NCBI GenBank assembly: GCA_950097015.1
Contig: CATNEN010000001.1
Span: forward strand, 22,010,001 to 22,074,000
Origin: Macrostomum hystrix
Taxonomy: Eukaryota > Animalia > Platyhelminthes
DNA length: 64,000 nt
Direction: 5' to 3'
The translations under genes were made by a program, and so were the position numbers. Of this stretch, positions 37,267-51,600 are shown piece by piece; the stretch's first letter is position 1, and each line of letters begins with the position of its first letter. A model generated the notes under the pieces. It saw nothing but the letters and a program-made list of their open reading frames with translations. It had not been told where the DNA came from and did no database searches.

Positions 37267-39290
37267 TCAGGGCAGAGTTGGCCTTGGAGATGTGAGACAG
37301 CGATAGAATGGAACAACATCAGCTCTAGGCGGCTCATTGGTGCTGTCACTGAGCCGGACTATCTTATCGCAGGCTCGCTTCATAGCAGTCCGCTGCGGCC
37401 TATGAAACTTGTCGTAATACGTCACCAGAGGTCCCGCGGTGAGTGTCACGTGACGATGCTGCGAAGGAGTCTTCAATCAAGCTCTGTTTTGATACGGCCC
37501 TATCGCCCCAGAGCAGGAACACGATTGGATGCCTGGCGTGACAGCACAGGACGCGAAGAACCTCGTCTGTGAAGCTCTGCCACTCAAGGATGTCGTGATT
37601 TGGCTCGTCCTTACTGCCAAAACAAAATGAAGAGACAGTGAACGAGAGAGCTCGGAGGTAAGGGGTGTGTCATAGTTTCTTCATTGCAAGTTTTTTCTGT
37701 AGCTCTAATTTGAGCTGCTTTTAGTTGACCTAACTAGCATGTCCCTAAATAGGGCCGTTTTCAAAGAAATGAGTATTTGGACAACCCAATAGCAATCTTT
37801 GGCTGTAAGCAGCAGCTATTAGTCTAGCGTCATGGAGAAGCAGGGTCTCTACTTTTATTCTACGTATGCTTAACACACCCGCTAATACTCTTTACATTTT
37901 TGCTCGACTAATCAGAGTCAGAAAAAAGGTTAGTAGAAGCACAGACAATCTCACAGTGGTAAGCGCCATGTTAAGCAGGAGTACGCCCTGTCTTGCCCAC
38001 TTCTCTAGCCAGCCGCACTTTGGAATCACAAAGCCGGGAATGTCGGCCTGCAGCTCTTAGAAAATATTTCTCAAGCAGCAAGGCATCGTGTTAGAATCAT
38101 TCGGATAATCTGCCGACAGAGAGAATGCCAGACCGTCCGCCTAGAGATTAGAAAGTACAAGAGATATGAAATCAGACTTTCGATTCAGTAATTATACTTG
38201 CTGGAGTCTTTGGTCTTGCTTTAGTCCTGACGAATTGTTTGACGATAGTCGTCAACCGCAGCCAGCTCAAGATCAACAAAAAGTGAGGAAAACACAAATT
38301 AAGGACAGCAACCTCAAGGCTGCCTAGGAACCGGAAAATACTGGCTGTACGGTAGCTCGCTTCCTTGGTGACAGGTCGCAGAGTGTTTGCTCATCCCTGG
38401 CCTGGCCCGAGCCCCAAATGGGTTGCAAGCAAGCTAGAACGCAGCGCAGGACAGATATTGTGTCTCCATGGTCTCCTAAGCGAACAGGCAGAAGGATACA
38501 ACAAAATATCGAATGTGTTACAGGTAAACTTCACGATAAGCCCCCAAAGTGTGTGCTCATGAGCCAGCAAAATCTGCAGAATGGCTTCTCGCTAGCTCAG
38601 GTCCGTGAGTCACTAAATTATTAGCCGGTTCACAAGGACTTTGTGAGAGATACAATTCAGACTACTGACAACAGTAAAAAGCAAAGACTTGGCTGCAAAA
38701 CTCTCACATAAAACTAAAATATTATCGCCATAAAAATGGCAAGCTTAAAAGAGACACACTAAGTGTCTCTCTGTGCACACTAAGAGTGGTGGGAGGAGAG
38801 GACGGCGTGTGGCTATGGCTGACTCACGAAGGCAAACAAGCCAGAAACCGGTCTCGGTCTGCCAGCGCGAGGTTCGTTCCCCACTTTTGTACTCGTATTA
38901 ACTGCAAATTTCGACATTATACTCGTATATACTAGACTTCGTAGTGAAATTCAATTCGGTAGAAGCTAGAAGAGGACACACCTGCCCACGCACGGAGTAG
39001 GGCTCCTCGCCTAGAATGACAATTGCCACAGAGTCGAATGGTGTTTCATTGAATAGCAACTAAATTAGTGGGCCAGATGAATGTAACTCTGCGATCGAAA
39101 CAGTGGGTGCAGAACCCGCCTCCAACCCGCATCGTGATGGTTGCCGGCATTGTTCTAATCCATTCAAAGCTAGTTTTATATGCATCTTTAGGAAGGGGCG
39201 GCGGAGTCCATTCATCAGCATCGTCGATTTGTTGAGAACTCGCATCCGGAATTGAATCAGACGTCACTGAAATCTCGTCTACACAAGTGG
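37267..39290 (-). pseudogene. Degenerate tandem UNG paralog with the same 3-exon layout (~39290-38982, 38140-~37955, 37613-~37270)
   Basis: FNETPFDSVAIVILGEEPYSVRGQ | ADGLAFSL...[14 protein letters not shown]...[13 protein letters not shown] | ...WQSFTDEVL...IVFLLWG...HVTLTAG. In-frame TAA at 38057-38059 and apparent frameshifts in exons 1 and 3. Confidence 0.82.
38642..38888 (+). repeat. Dispersed repeat (copy of 25147-25375) in intron 1 of the UNG paralog
   Basis: Direct sequence match. Confidence 0.85.
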
Positions 39291-39504
39291 GGTTCCAACT
39301 TCACATCCGGTAGCTCAAGTTTCCCAACGGAATGGCTGAAGCTGCATAAGTGTTGGCCGGCTCTGAATCAAACAGCTCTAATTTAGGATGTTTGAGCACT
39401 GGACTATCGTCATCAAATGCTGCTTTGTCAGCTTCTTCAGTAGCTGTCATCACAACACTGGAGCAGAGAAATTTTTAACTATCATTAATCAAGGGCAGAT
39501 AACA

Positions 39505-40594
39505 AGCGGATTCCCTAATAGACACGCTAATGCAGGGTCAGCGGATTCCCTAGTAGACACGCTAATGCAGGCTCAGCGGATTCCCTAATAGACACTCTAA
39601 TGCAGGGTCAGCGGATTCCCTATTAGACACGCTAATGGAGGGTCAGCGGATTCCCTATTAGACACGCTAATGCAGGCTCAGCGGATTCCCTAATAGACAC
39701 TCTAATGCAGGGTCAGCGGATTCCCTATTAGACACGCTAATGGAGGGTCAGCGGATTCCCTATTAGACACGCTAATGGAGGGTCAGCGGATTCCCTATTA
39801 GACACGCTAATGCAGGCTCAGCGGATTCCCTAATAGACACTCTAATGCAGGGTCAGCGGATTCCCTATTAGACACGCTAATGGAGGGTCAGCGGATTCCC
39901 TATTAGACACGCTAATGCAGGGTCAGCGGATTCCCTATTAGACACTCTATTGCAGGGTCAGCGGATTGAATGGGCGTGTAACACAAATTCACTGCAATAT
40001 TCCCTAGAAGACACTCTATTGCAGGGTCAGCGGATTCCTTAATAGACACTCTAATGCAGGGTCAGCGGATTCCCTAATAGACACTCTAATGCAGGGTCAG
40101 CGGATTCCCTATTAGACACGCTAATGCAGGGTCAGCGGATTCCCTATTAGACACGCTAATGCAGGGTCAGCGGATTCCCTAATAGACACGCTAATGCAGG
40201 GTCAGCGGATTCCCTAATAGACACGCTAATGCAGGGTCAACGGATTCCTTAATAGACACGCTAATGCAGGGTCAGCGGATTCCTTAATAGTCACGCTAAT
40301 GGAGGCTCAGCGGATTCCCTAGAAGACACTCTAATGCAGGGTCAGTGGATTCCCTAGTAGACACTCTATTGCAGGGTCAGCGGATTCCTTAATAGACACG
40401 CTAATGCAGGGTCAGCGGATTCCTTAATAGACACGCTAATGCAGGGTCAGCGGATTCCCTAGTAGACACGCTAATGCAGGGTCAGCGGATTCCTTAATAG
40501 ACACGCTAATGCAGGGTCAGCGGATTCCTTAATAGACACGCTAATGCAGGGTCAGCGGATTCCTTAATAGACACGCTAATGCAGGGTCAGCGGA
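39505..40594. repeat. 35-bp minisatellite (GCAGGGTCAGCGGATTCCCTAATAGACACGCTAAT)n, interrupted once by foreign sequence
   Basis: About 30 copies; insertion at 39966-40001. Confidence 0.95.
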
Positions 40595-42049
40595 GCTTTC
40601 GTCTGGATAAGCTAATTGTATACAAAAAAATAAATAGACAAAATTTCGCTGCCAAAAATGTATAACTCGACAATCTGACAGGTAACTAATGGCGAATTAA
40701 AAATGGCTTCATTTATTAGTTTATTTATGAACACACACTTAAAATGTGAATAAACAAACACTACACACACAGCTTAAAACACGGAAGGGGCACACACAAA
40801 ATTCAGACAAACACAATATTGCAGTGAATTTGTGTTACACGCCCATTCAACAAGCCAGCATTCTAGGACAGTAAAATATATCAGCGAAAGCATTTCGCTC
40901 ACTAAGCGTAACAAAACTGCTCAAAATGGGAGAAAACGCAAAACTGAGGTGGGTGTTTAGTAAACACAAAAAACTATAGTTACACAGAAAGCCATTGTGA
41001 GTGCGCGCGCACACTGAAAAATACAAACTGCCAAAAATATATTTGGTAAAAAATACTTTCTTCTTCAATATTAGCTTTCTAACATGCGCTGCAAAAGTCT
41101 AATACGGCACAACCTACTAATGCAAGTAGCAAATGGTGCTTTATGCCTTGGTGATCTGAATGAAAATTCTGAAAAAACGTTCAAAAATGTTGAACATTCA
41201 CATGGCAAATGCACAGCTTTACTGTGCTTTCAATGAAAGATGACCAAAGTAAGTCTTGTGTACTTTTCATGAGAGAGGTGCAGGTGCTGAATACTAGAGG
41301 ATAGTAATTAGGTAAAATGATGCCGAATTCAGAAGCAAAGAGACCTAAATGATATGAAAAAAATTGTTGCCAGGCAAAAAGTTCAGTTTATTAGGGAGAG
41401 AAAAAAAGTAAAAAACGACTCTGTTGTACACTACTTGCAGTAGCTGTACATAGCGGAAATGCTATAGTTATTTTTGGTTAAGAATATTTGTTAAACACAC
41501 ATGTCAGTTTTTTAGTCTCGACTCCCCACCACAAAGCAATTGCAACAAATGACAGGTAAACAATAAGGATATACAGCTAGGATAGCAAATAACTGATTTC
41601 CAGCCTAGTTTCGCTTTTTAAGTTCTCAAAAAACCGTCGTCAATTTGCATCACTTCAACCAAAATCTAATTCTAATTGAACATGCAGCAAGAATATACGA
41701 GAGCTGCAAAACATTTTCATACATTTGGTTTTTTCGTTTGAAAGCCATACAATAATTTGACTACACAGCGAATACTGATATTGAGCAGACCATGAACATG
41801 AACAATATGAAAGTGCAAAGATGTGCTTTAATGAAGATTACTAAAGTACACAGATTGAAAGCTAATTTAATGGTGCGAAATGGCCATCGAAATTGGGTGA
41901 TAATTTTATAAGGCAAGAATAGCCTCAGATGTTTGATGATGAAAAAAAACTATTTTGTTGCAGATAATGCTTCAATTTGGTCATTTTCTAGAATGTCTGA
42001 GGTGGTAGAACAATTTCTGGTGTGTTACACTTGAAGTGGGTATGATCAA

Positions 42050-42370
42050 GTCTTTGTGTCAGTATGTGTGCTGGTGTACCCTGGGAGTGGGTATGGTAGG
42101 TCTTTGTCGGTATGTGTGCTGATGTACACCAGGAGTGGGTATGGCAGATCTTTGTCGGTATGTGTGCTGATGTACACCAGGAGTGGGTATGGTAGGTCTT
42201 TGTCGGTATGTGTGCTGATGTACACCAGGAGTGGGTATGGCAGATCTTTGTCGGTATGTGTGCTGATGTACACCAGGAGTGGGTATGGTAGGTCTTTGTC
42301 GGTATGTGTGCTGATGTACACCAGGAGTGGGTATGGCAGGTCTTTGTCGGTATGTGTGCTGGTGTACACT
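42050..42370. repeat. 48-bp minisatellite downstream of (or in the 3' UTR of) the PHTF gene
   Basis: About 6.5 copies of GGTCTTTGTCGGTATGTGTGCTGATGTACACCAGGAGTGGGTATGGYA. Confidence 0.93.
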
Positions 42371-42663
42371 GGGACTTACAGAGTGATAATTATCACATTT
42401 AGGTGTGATTAATAATATTTCAGAGTGATTATTCTCGACAATGAAAGCAACTATGTGGAGCAAGATTGACTCAAGAACACAATGAATCGACAATAAATCT
42501 ACAAGAATATGCATTTAAATGAATAAGCAGATGAAACAGTAGATTGAGACAGATAAATCTACACATAGCAACAAGCTAAATGACCAGAACGAAATATTTT
42601 TTATGTGCGGAAATAGTAAAAAGCCAATCGATAACGGTCTTTGTTTGTCTTCATCGCAGCGCT

Positions 42664-45600
42664 TTACCAATTGACGGGGTTAAGCTTGATCTTATACAGC
42701 TTCAGCTTGAACCCGATCAGATCCGACAATATAGCCGACATCGCTGACAGGATCACCACCTTGAGGATATTGTAGAAGATGGGATTAATCGACCAGCCGC
42801 AGATGCGGAACGGACCGTCTAGCTCTTTCAGCAGATCTTCGGCAAGGCGCAGGACATTGTTAGCCAGCATTAATTCGTCTTTCTTGTGCGGCTTCGCCTC
42901 CATGCACAGGTAGAGATTGAGCTGGAGAGTTGTTGCGACGAAATAAAAGTCTTTGTTAAGCATCTGGCCAATTGTGATTTGTGGGATTGGAATAGCATCA
43001 ACATCTAATATCGATTAGGGATTCCGTCAAGCTAAAGGTTTCTAGTTGGGATTATAGGCATATGGGATTTTAGGTAAGAGAGACTATCGTGCCTTGGAAA
43101 TTTCAGAGAGGTCTTTTTATTGTCGGCTTAAGGTAAATACAAGATTAGCAATGATTCGGAATTTTTGCCGAAAAGGGATTATCGGTGACTGAGGATTATC
43201 GGTGATTGAGGATTATCGGTGATTGAGGATTATCGGTAATCAAGGATTATCAGTGATTGGGGACTATTAGTGATTGGGGTTATCGGTGGGTGCGGATTAT
43301 CGTTGATCTTGAATAATGGTGCGTGGAATTATTATCTTTTTGTTACAATGGGAATGTTATATTATCAGTGATTTGTGAATCTGAAGATGTGGGCATATTA
43401 GGAGTTTAGAAACGAAAAAAACTAGATATTTTTGTCATGTATCCCGCACCTGTTCGGTAATGAGCACGGACAGGTTGCGAAACTTCCTATTAATCTTAGT
43501 GCCCAGCGTGATGAACTGCAGCAGGAAGATGCTAAGGCCAGCGGTCAGTACCAGCAGATCCCAGTTGCCCATGAGTTGCAGAAACTGTCTGGGCGCTTGA
43601 AGCAGCTGTACGCACAGCAGGCAGCAGATGGCGATGAAGGTGTAGAACACGGAGGCAATCACCGAGTTTGTGCTGCGCTGCGGCCCGCGTTTGCGCAAAT
43701 AAGACCTCAGAGACAGCCACACTTTAATGTTGCGCGCCTTGTTCAACCGGAAGTGGGGCAGGTCGTACTTGCGGGCCCGGCGCGACGAAGTGAGGTAGCA
43801 AAAATGCTTTGCATATTGCAGGCGCTGGAAAGTTTAGAGATTGCGGTGCGCCGTCATTTAAGTTGAGTTCGCATGTCATAAGATCAAAGATAACGACTGC
43901 CAACTCTTATCAGCAGATCAAAGACACCGAAAGCCTACCTCGACAGGATCAAAGACACCGAAAGCCAACTCTTATCAGCAGGTCAAAGACACAAACAGAC
44001 AGCCGACTCCTTATCAGCAGATCAAAGGCACCGGCATTCAAATCTCATCAGCAGCGATATACAGTGAACTCTTATCAGCAGATCAAAGACACCGACAGTG
44101 AACTCTTATCAGCAGATCAAAGACACCGACAAGAACAGCAATCTGAACAAAGCTCACCTGACTGAACGCCTTCTCGGCTACGCAGCACAGGAAGAAGAGC
44201 ACAAAGAAGCAGCCGGCTCTGAGCAGGCAGCCTGTCAGCACAAAGAGGCCGCCCCGCCAGATGCGCCAATTGGCCAGCCAATCAGTCGTGTCTGCTGAAG
44301 TTGCATTAGTTGAAGCATTGCCAACGCTACTACTTGTGAGTAGTGCAATCAGCTGCGACGGATCTTCGCTTGCAGCCACCAGGCAGCTACCGAGGAAGGC
44401 AGCCACAGCCTCCCAGGCTACAAAGACGCGAAAGCAGAGCGGAACAATGGCCAGCAAGGTGGTGAAGAGTACGGCCAGGTGAAGGAACTCTCTAGACTCT
44501 GGCACCTTCTCCACAGCCTGAATGATGCTCCAGCCAATGTCTAGCAGGGTGAGCTCAACTTTTCTAACCTGGTCCCCGTTGCCCCAGACAAAGCAGGACA
44601 CTTTGTCGTTAGCCGACGTGTGCGAGTTGTGGAGTAGGCCGCCCTGTCAGATATAGACGGTATGATTGACAGGTCATTGGAGGGAACTTACTCTATGCGA
44701 AAATTATGAAACACAAAAAATACTTTCTGACTTTTAAAACACTGAAATTTTCACTTGTCACATGCCAAGTTTTGTCATCTAAGCATGTACTCCACTTCAT
44801 AGTTATGTAGTCCACTCTACTAAGAGTAGACTCCACTTTTAGAAGCAGAATGAATAAACTTGGAAAACGGTTGACTACTAAAGTGGGTAGAATCTTCTGA
44901 GGCGACAGTAGTCTATTTAGGAAGGTTTATTCAGGGAAGGGTTGTCTACTCACGGAAGGGTAGAGTCTACTCACGGAAGGGTAGAGTCTACTCACGGAAG
45001 GGAAGAGTCTACTCACGGAAGGGAAGAGTCTACTTACTAAGGGAAGAGTCTACTTACTAAGGAAAGAGTTTACTTACTAAGGGATGAGTCTACTTACTAA
45101 GGAAAGAGTTTACTTACTAAGGGATGAGTCTACTCACGGAAGGGTAGAGTCTACTCATGGAAGGGTAGAGTCTACTCACGGAAGGGTAGAGTCTACTCAC
45201 GGAAGGGAAGAGTCTACTCACGGAAGGGAAGAGTCTACTTACTAAGGGAAGAGTCTACTTACTAAGGAAAGAGTTTACTTACTAAGGGTTGAGTCTACTC
45301 ACGGAAGGGTAGAGTCTACTCACGGAAGGGTAGAGTCTACTTACTAAGGGAAGAGTTTACTTACTAAGGGTTGAGTCTACTTACGGAAGGGTAGAGTCTA
45401 CTCACGGAAGGGTAGAGTCTACTCACGGAAGGGTAGAGTCTACTCACGGAAGGGTAGAGTCTACTCACTCAGAATCTTTCAGAAAAACTTTCTGCAGTCA
45501 AAATTTGCACCATTTTCTGAGTAAGAACTCAACGTTGGTTGGACTCAAGCAACATGCTTAGTCACTAGCAATCGAAAGTCCATCAAATAAAGGCCATCAA

Positions 45601-48600
45601 GTTCTTGTAAGCACGTCAAACAACTCAAAAACGCAGAATTTTTTTCGTGGAAAGCTATTCTTTATTAAGTAAGTGTGTCTGCTTACCGTGCTTATGTGCT
45701 CCTAGAATATAAATTTTTTAAATCGGTTTAGCCGATTTTTCTTCCAAAATAGAACTAGGTCAAAGTCACAATGACCGACTTAATGATTAGTCACTAAGTG
45801 CTCAGAGAAAATGCGCAACCAAGCCCCCCACCGAGTTTTAATCCGCTACAAGAGGACACACTAATTTGGGGGCGAAGAAAGTGCACTGCCTGACAATGTA
45901 AAAGCCAGAGTAGGTGTACACACCTGTGTGTACCTGTGTGTGCTCAAAAGTCGCTATCTCCAAATGATGCGCATGTGCCCACCCACAGCACCTCGGCATA
46001 AATATTAAAATCTTCGCACTGCCCTCCTTAAAAAAAGAAAATTTAAATGCGACTAAGAACTAAAAATAGACTAACCGCAAGCGGCGAATAAAGAACTGTG
46101 TACAACAGCTGCCACGGTGTCAACCAATCACAGCTCTGCTATTAACTGTCGGTGTTTCATTTGCTACAGAAACCATCCTGGCGCAATGAGCTATTTAGAT
46201 ATCCAAATAAGATTACTTGTCAGCAGTAGTATGACGACAACATGCAATTTTTTTACAATAAACGCGACTTTTAATTTAAATCCTGACTTTTAAAATAAAT
46301 AACACCAGAGAAATGTTCAAGTAAATTTTGTTTTTCTTAAACGCCACGTTAGACCCTAAAGAATGACGACTTGGCGGCAAAAATTCAATCGAAATTCAAA
46401 GCATGTCTTGCCTACTGATGTGCCAGTTTTTTTCAAGGGAAGAATGAGATGCGAGGCACTCAGTAGCTTCGACGTGCAACATCCTCGACACAATTCCTCA
46501 CCAAAGGGTCCAAAGAGCACCGCCTGCATTTGCTCTTGTCTGCACTGTTCGCCTACAGGATATTGGTGCCATTGTTTAAACACAAACGTCCATTTTATAG
46601 CATTTATAACAAAGCAAATGTGACAGACTTTTTATATGACCTCATATTTTGCTGATAAGTTATTAAAAATAAACATAAACATATGTACTTTGAAAACTAT
46701 AATCTGAAAACACATCAGGGGATTCGTACAAAAAAAGAAAATTTGAGAGACCTGAAAGTACTCATTAGATCCGAAAGACCTATTTGGTACCTTTATAACG
46801 AGCTTTCAAGACTCTAACAACTCATACTCATACACTTTTTCAACGACTCTAACGCTTGCCAAACGACTCAAACGCTTTCCTAACGACTCAAACGCTTTCC
46901 TAACGACTCAAACGCTTTCCTAACGACTCAAACGCTTTCCTAACGACTCAAACGCCTCCTTAACGACCCTAAAGCTTTCCTAACGACTCAACGCTTTCCT
47001 AACGACTCAAACGCTTTCCTAACGACTCAAACGCTTTCCTAACGACTCAAACGTTTTCCTAACGACTCAAACGCTTTCCTAACGACTCAAACGATTTCCT
47101 AACGACTCAAACGCTTTCCTAACGACTCAAACATTTTCCTAACGACTCAAACGCTTTCCTAACGACTCAAACGCTTTCCTAACGACTCAAACGCTTTCCT
47201 AACGACTCAAACGCTTTCCTAACGACTCAAACGATTCTATTATGATTCTAGCGCTTATAATAGGTACGCTGGTATTTTCGGAGATAACCACTAAACGACC
47301 CTTGAGTCAACATAGGCGGGCACAGGGAAGCTTTAGTCAAAAATGAAACAAAGAAGAAAGAATTACTCACATGCTGAGTCTCACGATACCACAGCAGGAA
47401 GGGATCCTCGGGACTCTCTGGATCCTCTTTGAACTCGTCCTCGCAGCCGGTGCCGGAGATGCCTTCGTCAGATGTGGCTTCGGAATTCACATCGGAATTC
47501 ACCCGTTCAACTTCGGTCTCGGAAACTTGACTCTGGTTTAGAATATTTTCAATTGAAATATTAGACAAGGACGAATTAATTTATTTGTGTGAATATATCA
47601 CAACAGCGCCATATAAACTACAAGTATCAATCGTCGGTCTAGAAATTGAACTAAAATTGCAATCAAATCATCTCAGACTGAAAGGATCAATATGTAACTT
47701 GGATTTTAAATACTTTTTACAGGAGCACATAACAAGAAAAAATTACAACGCATGTCGAATCACGCACTACACTACTCGCAGTAGCTCACAAACAACACAA
47801 GAAGCACCAATAAGAATGTACAGTCTAGACTGGACGCAGGGATGATAGTGTTTTCAACATTATTTAACATATTTAATCTACTTGTATTGTCGGCAGCACT
47901 CGTCAAAATCTTTTTTAGGGTATGCACTTAAGGGGGGTTAAAATAGCTAGTCTATAGCACTAAAACATATTTTTAATAGTTGCGGGATAGGATAATCTGC
48001 AAGCATAACTAAACAGTATTGTTCATTTTATTGTGTAGTAGAAATCATGTCACACATATAGTCTATTGGGGGGGGGGAATTAAAAGTCTATAATACTAAA
48101 ATTTCAAGGTTTTTTAGTCAGCCATCCAATGAGAAGCTGTTAGAAAGCGCTTAATATATATGCAATATAAAATAAAATACATATAATTATCTAATTATGA
48201 ACGAGGTCACACATTTCTTTGCTAAGTGAAGCACCAGATTCTAAGCAGACAAAGACGGGGAATATATGATTCGACTTTAAACAACATACAATAGGATCAT
48301 TAATTGAAAAACAAATAAATCATGTATGAATCTAATGGGTCTTATTGGGATCGCTAAAATCTGTTTAAAATAATTGCAACAAATGTGATAGAAACATTCA
48401 ATTAATCAGAATATAAAATAAGAAGAGTGCTATGTGGGTATTGTGCTATCGAATCAGATGAAAAATCTGTTCTCCGTTTTCAATCACAGATTATAGAAAC
48501 ACCGATTAATTAATTCAATTAAAACTTAAGTTGAGACCCAGATAATATTGCAAGCAATTTTACTAATGCAATGAGCTTGGTGTGCTATACCTGTGACGGA

Positions 48601-51600
48601 TGATCAATGGTAACGCTCAGAAATCTCTTAGCTTTCTGCAGAGCAGCCTGGCACGAATAAAAAATTTGAAAATTTACGACAAATTTAAGAAATTAAGTTA
48701 CTTTTAACAAAACTTCTATGGTTTCTACTTTAGGCTTGTACTTATGGCTGATTTCTACTTTAGACTAACTTTCTGTTTGATATAGTCGTTCCTTTCTTAT
48801 GATTTGCCTATCGAACTAAACAATGACACAGCGAAGATGAACATGAAAAATCAACAGTGTACTTTAACGATGATAGAATAATCTTAAATTACAGGTCGCA
48901 CTTAAAACTCCTACAGCGTTTAAAAAAATTAACCTGATGAGTATTTAAACTTTTATAAATACTGAAAACGATTAATTATGATAAAGGAAGTGTTATGACT
49001 TCTGCTTATAATTATCACTAACATACTTAGTCCTACGTTAGTAGTTCTCGCAGTGGTAATCACAGTTATGGTATTAGGGTTGGAATACGTTGTCAAGACG
49101 CACGGATAGTCATTTATTGCTGTTTTTTTTCTTGATTAGTGTTCATTGTGTAGCGCTGCTTACGGGTTTTAAAAAATAAAATTATTTTGGCATAAAAATG
49201 GTACAGTCTTGTATTGAAATGGTTAACTTTAGGGTTTGGCCCAATGGGAATGTACATTGGGAGTGGGTGGGTATAAAGTTTAGCTCGGAGGAATGTACAT
49301 TGGGAGTGAGATAGGTCACGGTTTGGCTAGGAGGGAATGCACATTGGGAGTGAGATAGGTCAGGGTTTGGCTAGGAGGGAATGTACATTGGGAGTGAGAT
49401 AGGTCAGGGTTTGGCTCGGAGGGAATGTACATTGGGAGTGAAATAGGTCAGGGTTTAGCTCGGAGGGAACGTACATTGGGAGTGAGATAGGTCAGGGCTT
49501 GGCTCGGAGGGAATGTACATTGGGAGTGAGAGGGGTTAGGGTGAGGCCCGGTAAATGTACAATGGGGGTACCTGTACATTAGGTGACAAGTGTAGAATTT
49601 CCGACGGGATTAATAACTGAAAATGCGCTTGTAGATTTTAGCTAATGCAACTGCGTGAGCAACAGACGAGTGTAAACTTTAAGAATGCCATAAAATTATT
49701 CAGGCACAATAATGGAGTACTAGTGAGGATATAAATAAGCAAGTGCACAGTGAACAGCAACATAAATGCACGAATTCGCATTAATTAATTAACCTGTTCC
49801 TGCTCAACGCGGCAGCAATTGTTCTTGGCGGGCGAGGCAGTTGCTATGGCACAGACGCCTGGCTGAAAGTTTCTAATTTGAAAACGGGCCGCCGCTTTGC
49901 CCAGTGAGGGCTGAAAAATAAAAAATCAATTAGCAAGACTAGTTTCTAAGAAGCAGCAATCGGTAATAATTATAAGCAAAGTTGGATAACTACTACTATC
50001 ATGCATATCACGCGTACGGGCATATTGTATACTAACTTGTTATAATTGCATGGTGTTATTTCATTAATCTACTCGTACTAAGCAAGCGAGACGTCAACTA
50101 AACAATTGGAAGGATAGAACAAAGCAATTCAAAATTTTAGATTCGTTGTTTATATCAACACTTTCAGATAGTGATTAACTACATAAATCATTAGGAGCAT
50201 GATAATCTCGTTGGTAACGGACATTCTAATGGAAGGGTGAAATTTCTCTTGCCGTTGGTGATATTCTCAAGCTAGGAGCGAGATTCTCATGTAGGGAGTG
50301 AGATTCTCATGTAGGGAGTGAGATTCTGATGTATGGAGAGATTCTGATGTAGGGAGAGATTTTCATGTAGGGAGTGAGATTCTCATGTAGGGAGTGAGAT
50401 TCTCATGTAGGGAGTGAGATTCTCATGTAGGGAGTGAGATTCTCATGTAGGGAGTGAGATTCTGATGTAGGGAGAGATTTTCATGTAGGGAGTGGGATTC
50501 TCATGTAGGGAGTGAGATTCTCATGTAGGGAGTGAAATTCTCATGTAGGGAGTGAGATTCTCATGTAGGGAGTGAAATTCTCATGTAGGGAGTGAGATTC
50601 TCATGTATGGAGAGATTCTCATGTAGGGAGAGATTTTCATGTAGAGAGTGAGATTCTCATGTAGGGAGTGAGATTCTCATGTAGGGAGTGAGATTCTCAT
50701 GTAGGGAGTGAGATTCTCATGTAGGGAGTGAGATTCTGATGTAGGGAGAGATTTTCATGTAGGGAGTGGGATTCTCATGTAGGGAGTGAGATTCTCATGT
50801 AGGGAGTGAAATTCTCATGTAGGGAGTGAGATTCTCATGTAGGGAGTGGGATTCTCATGTAGGGAGTGAGATTCTCATGTAGGGAGTGAGATTCTCATGT
50901 AGGGAGTGAGATTCTCATGTAGGGAGTGAGATTCTCATGTAGGGAGTGAGATTCTCATGTAGGGAGTGAGATTCTCATGTAGGGAGTGAGATTCTCATGT
51001 AGGGAGTGAGATTCTCATGTAGGGAGTGAGATTCTCAAGTAGGGAGTGAGATTCTGATGTAGGGAGAGATTTTCATGTAGGGAGTGGGATTCTGATGTAG
51101 GGAGTGAGATTCTCATGTAGGGAGTGAGATTCTCATGTAGGGAGTGAGATTCTCATGTAGGAAGAGATTCTAATGAAGGGAGTGAGATTCTCAGTGTGGC
51201 AAGAATGACAGTGATAATCAATAAGAAAAAATCTGTAGATATAACTCTTATAGAAAACTAAAATTTGATCTGAACAGTGATTCAGGCATAGATATAAACT
51301 CAATCGAAGTAAAAAATAAAATATCTGAGGCTTTACACGTGCAGTTTAATTTGTATTTCCTTATAAAATTTTGCCCAGCATTCAGAGCAATAGCGAAAGC
51401 TGTGTAATATAAAATCATGGGATTGGAAGACTAACGGTTAGACAAACATGCAAGAGAAAAACTAAGGAGCTAGGCATTTGATTTAAGTTACATACAAATA
51501 AAAAGGCTACTAGAAAGCGTGCCTCGCCTATTATACATCGGTTAAAAGTGCAGACAACTTACCCTTCCGCTGGCACCTCCGCTAGCGCCGCCGCCAGCCA

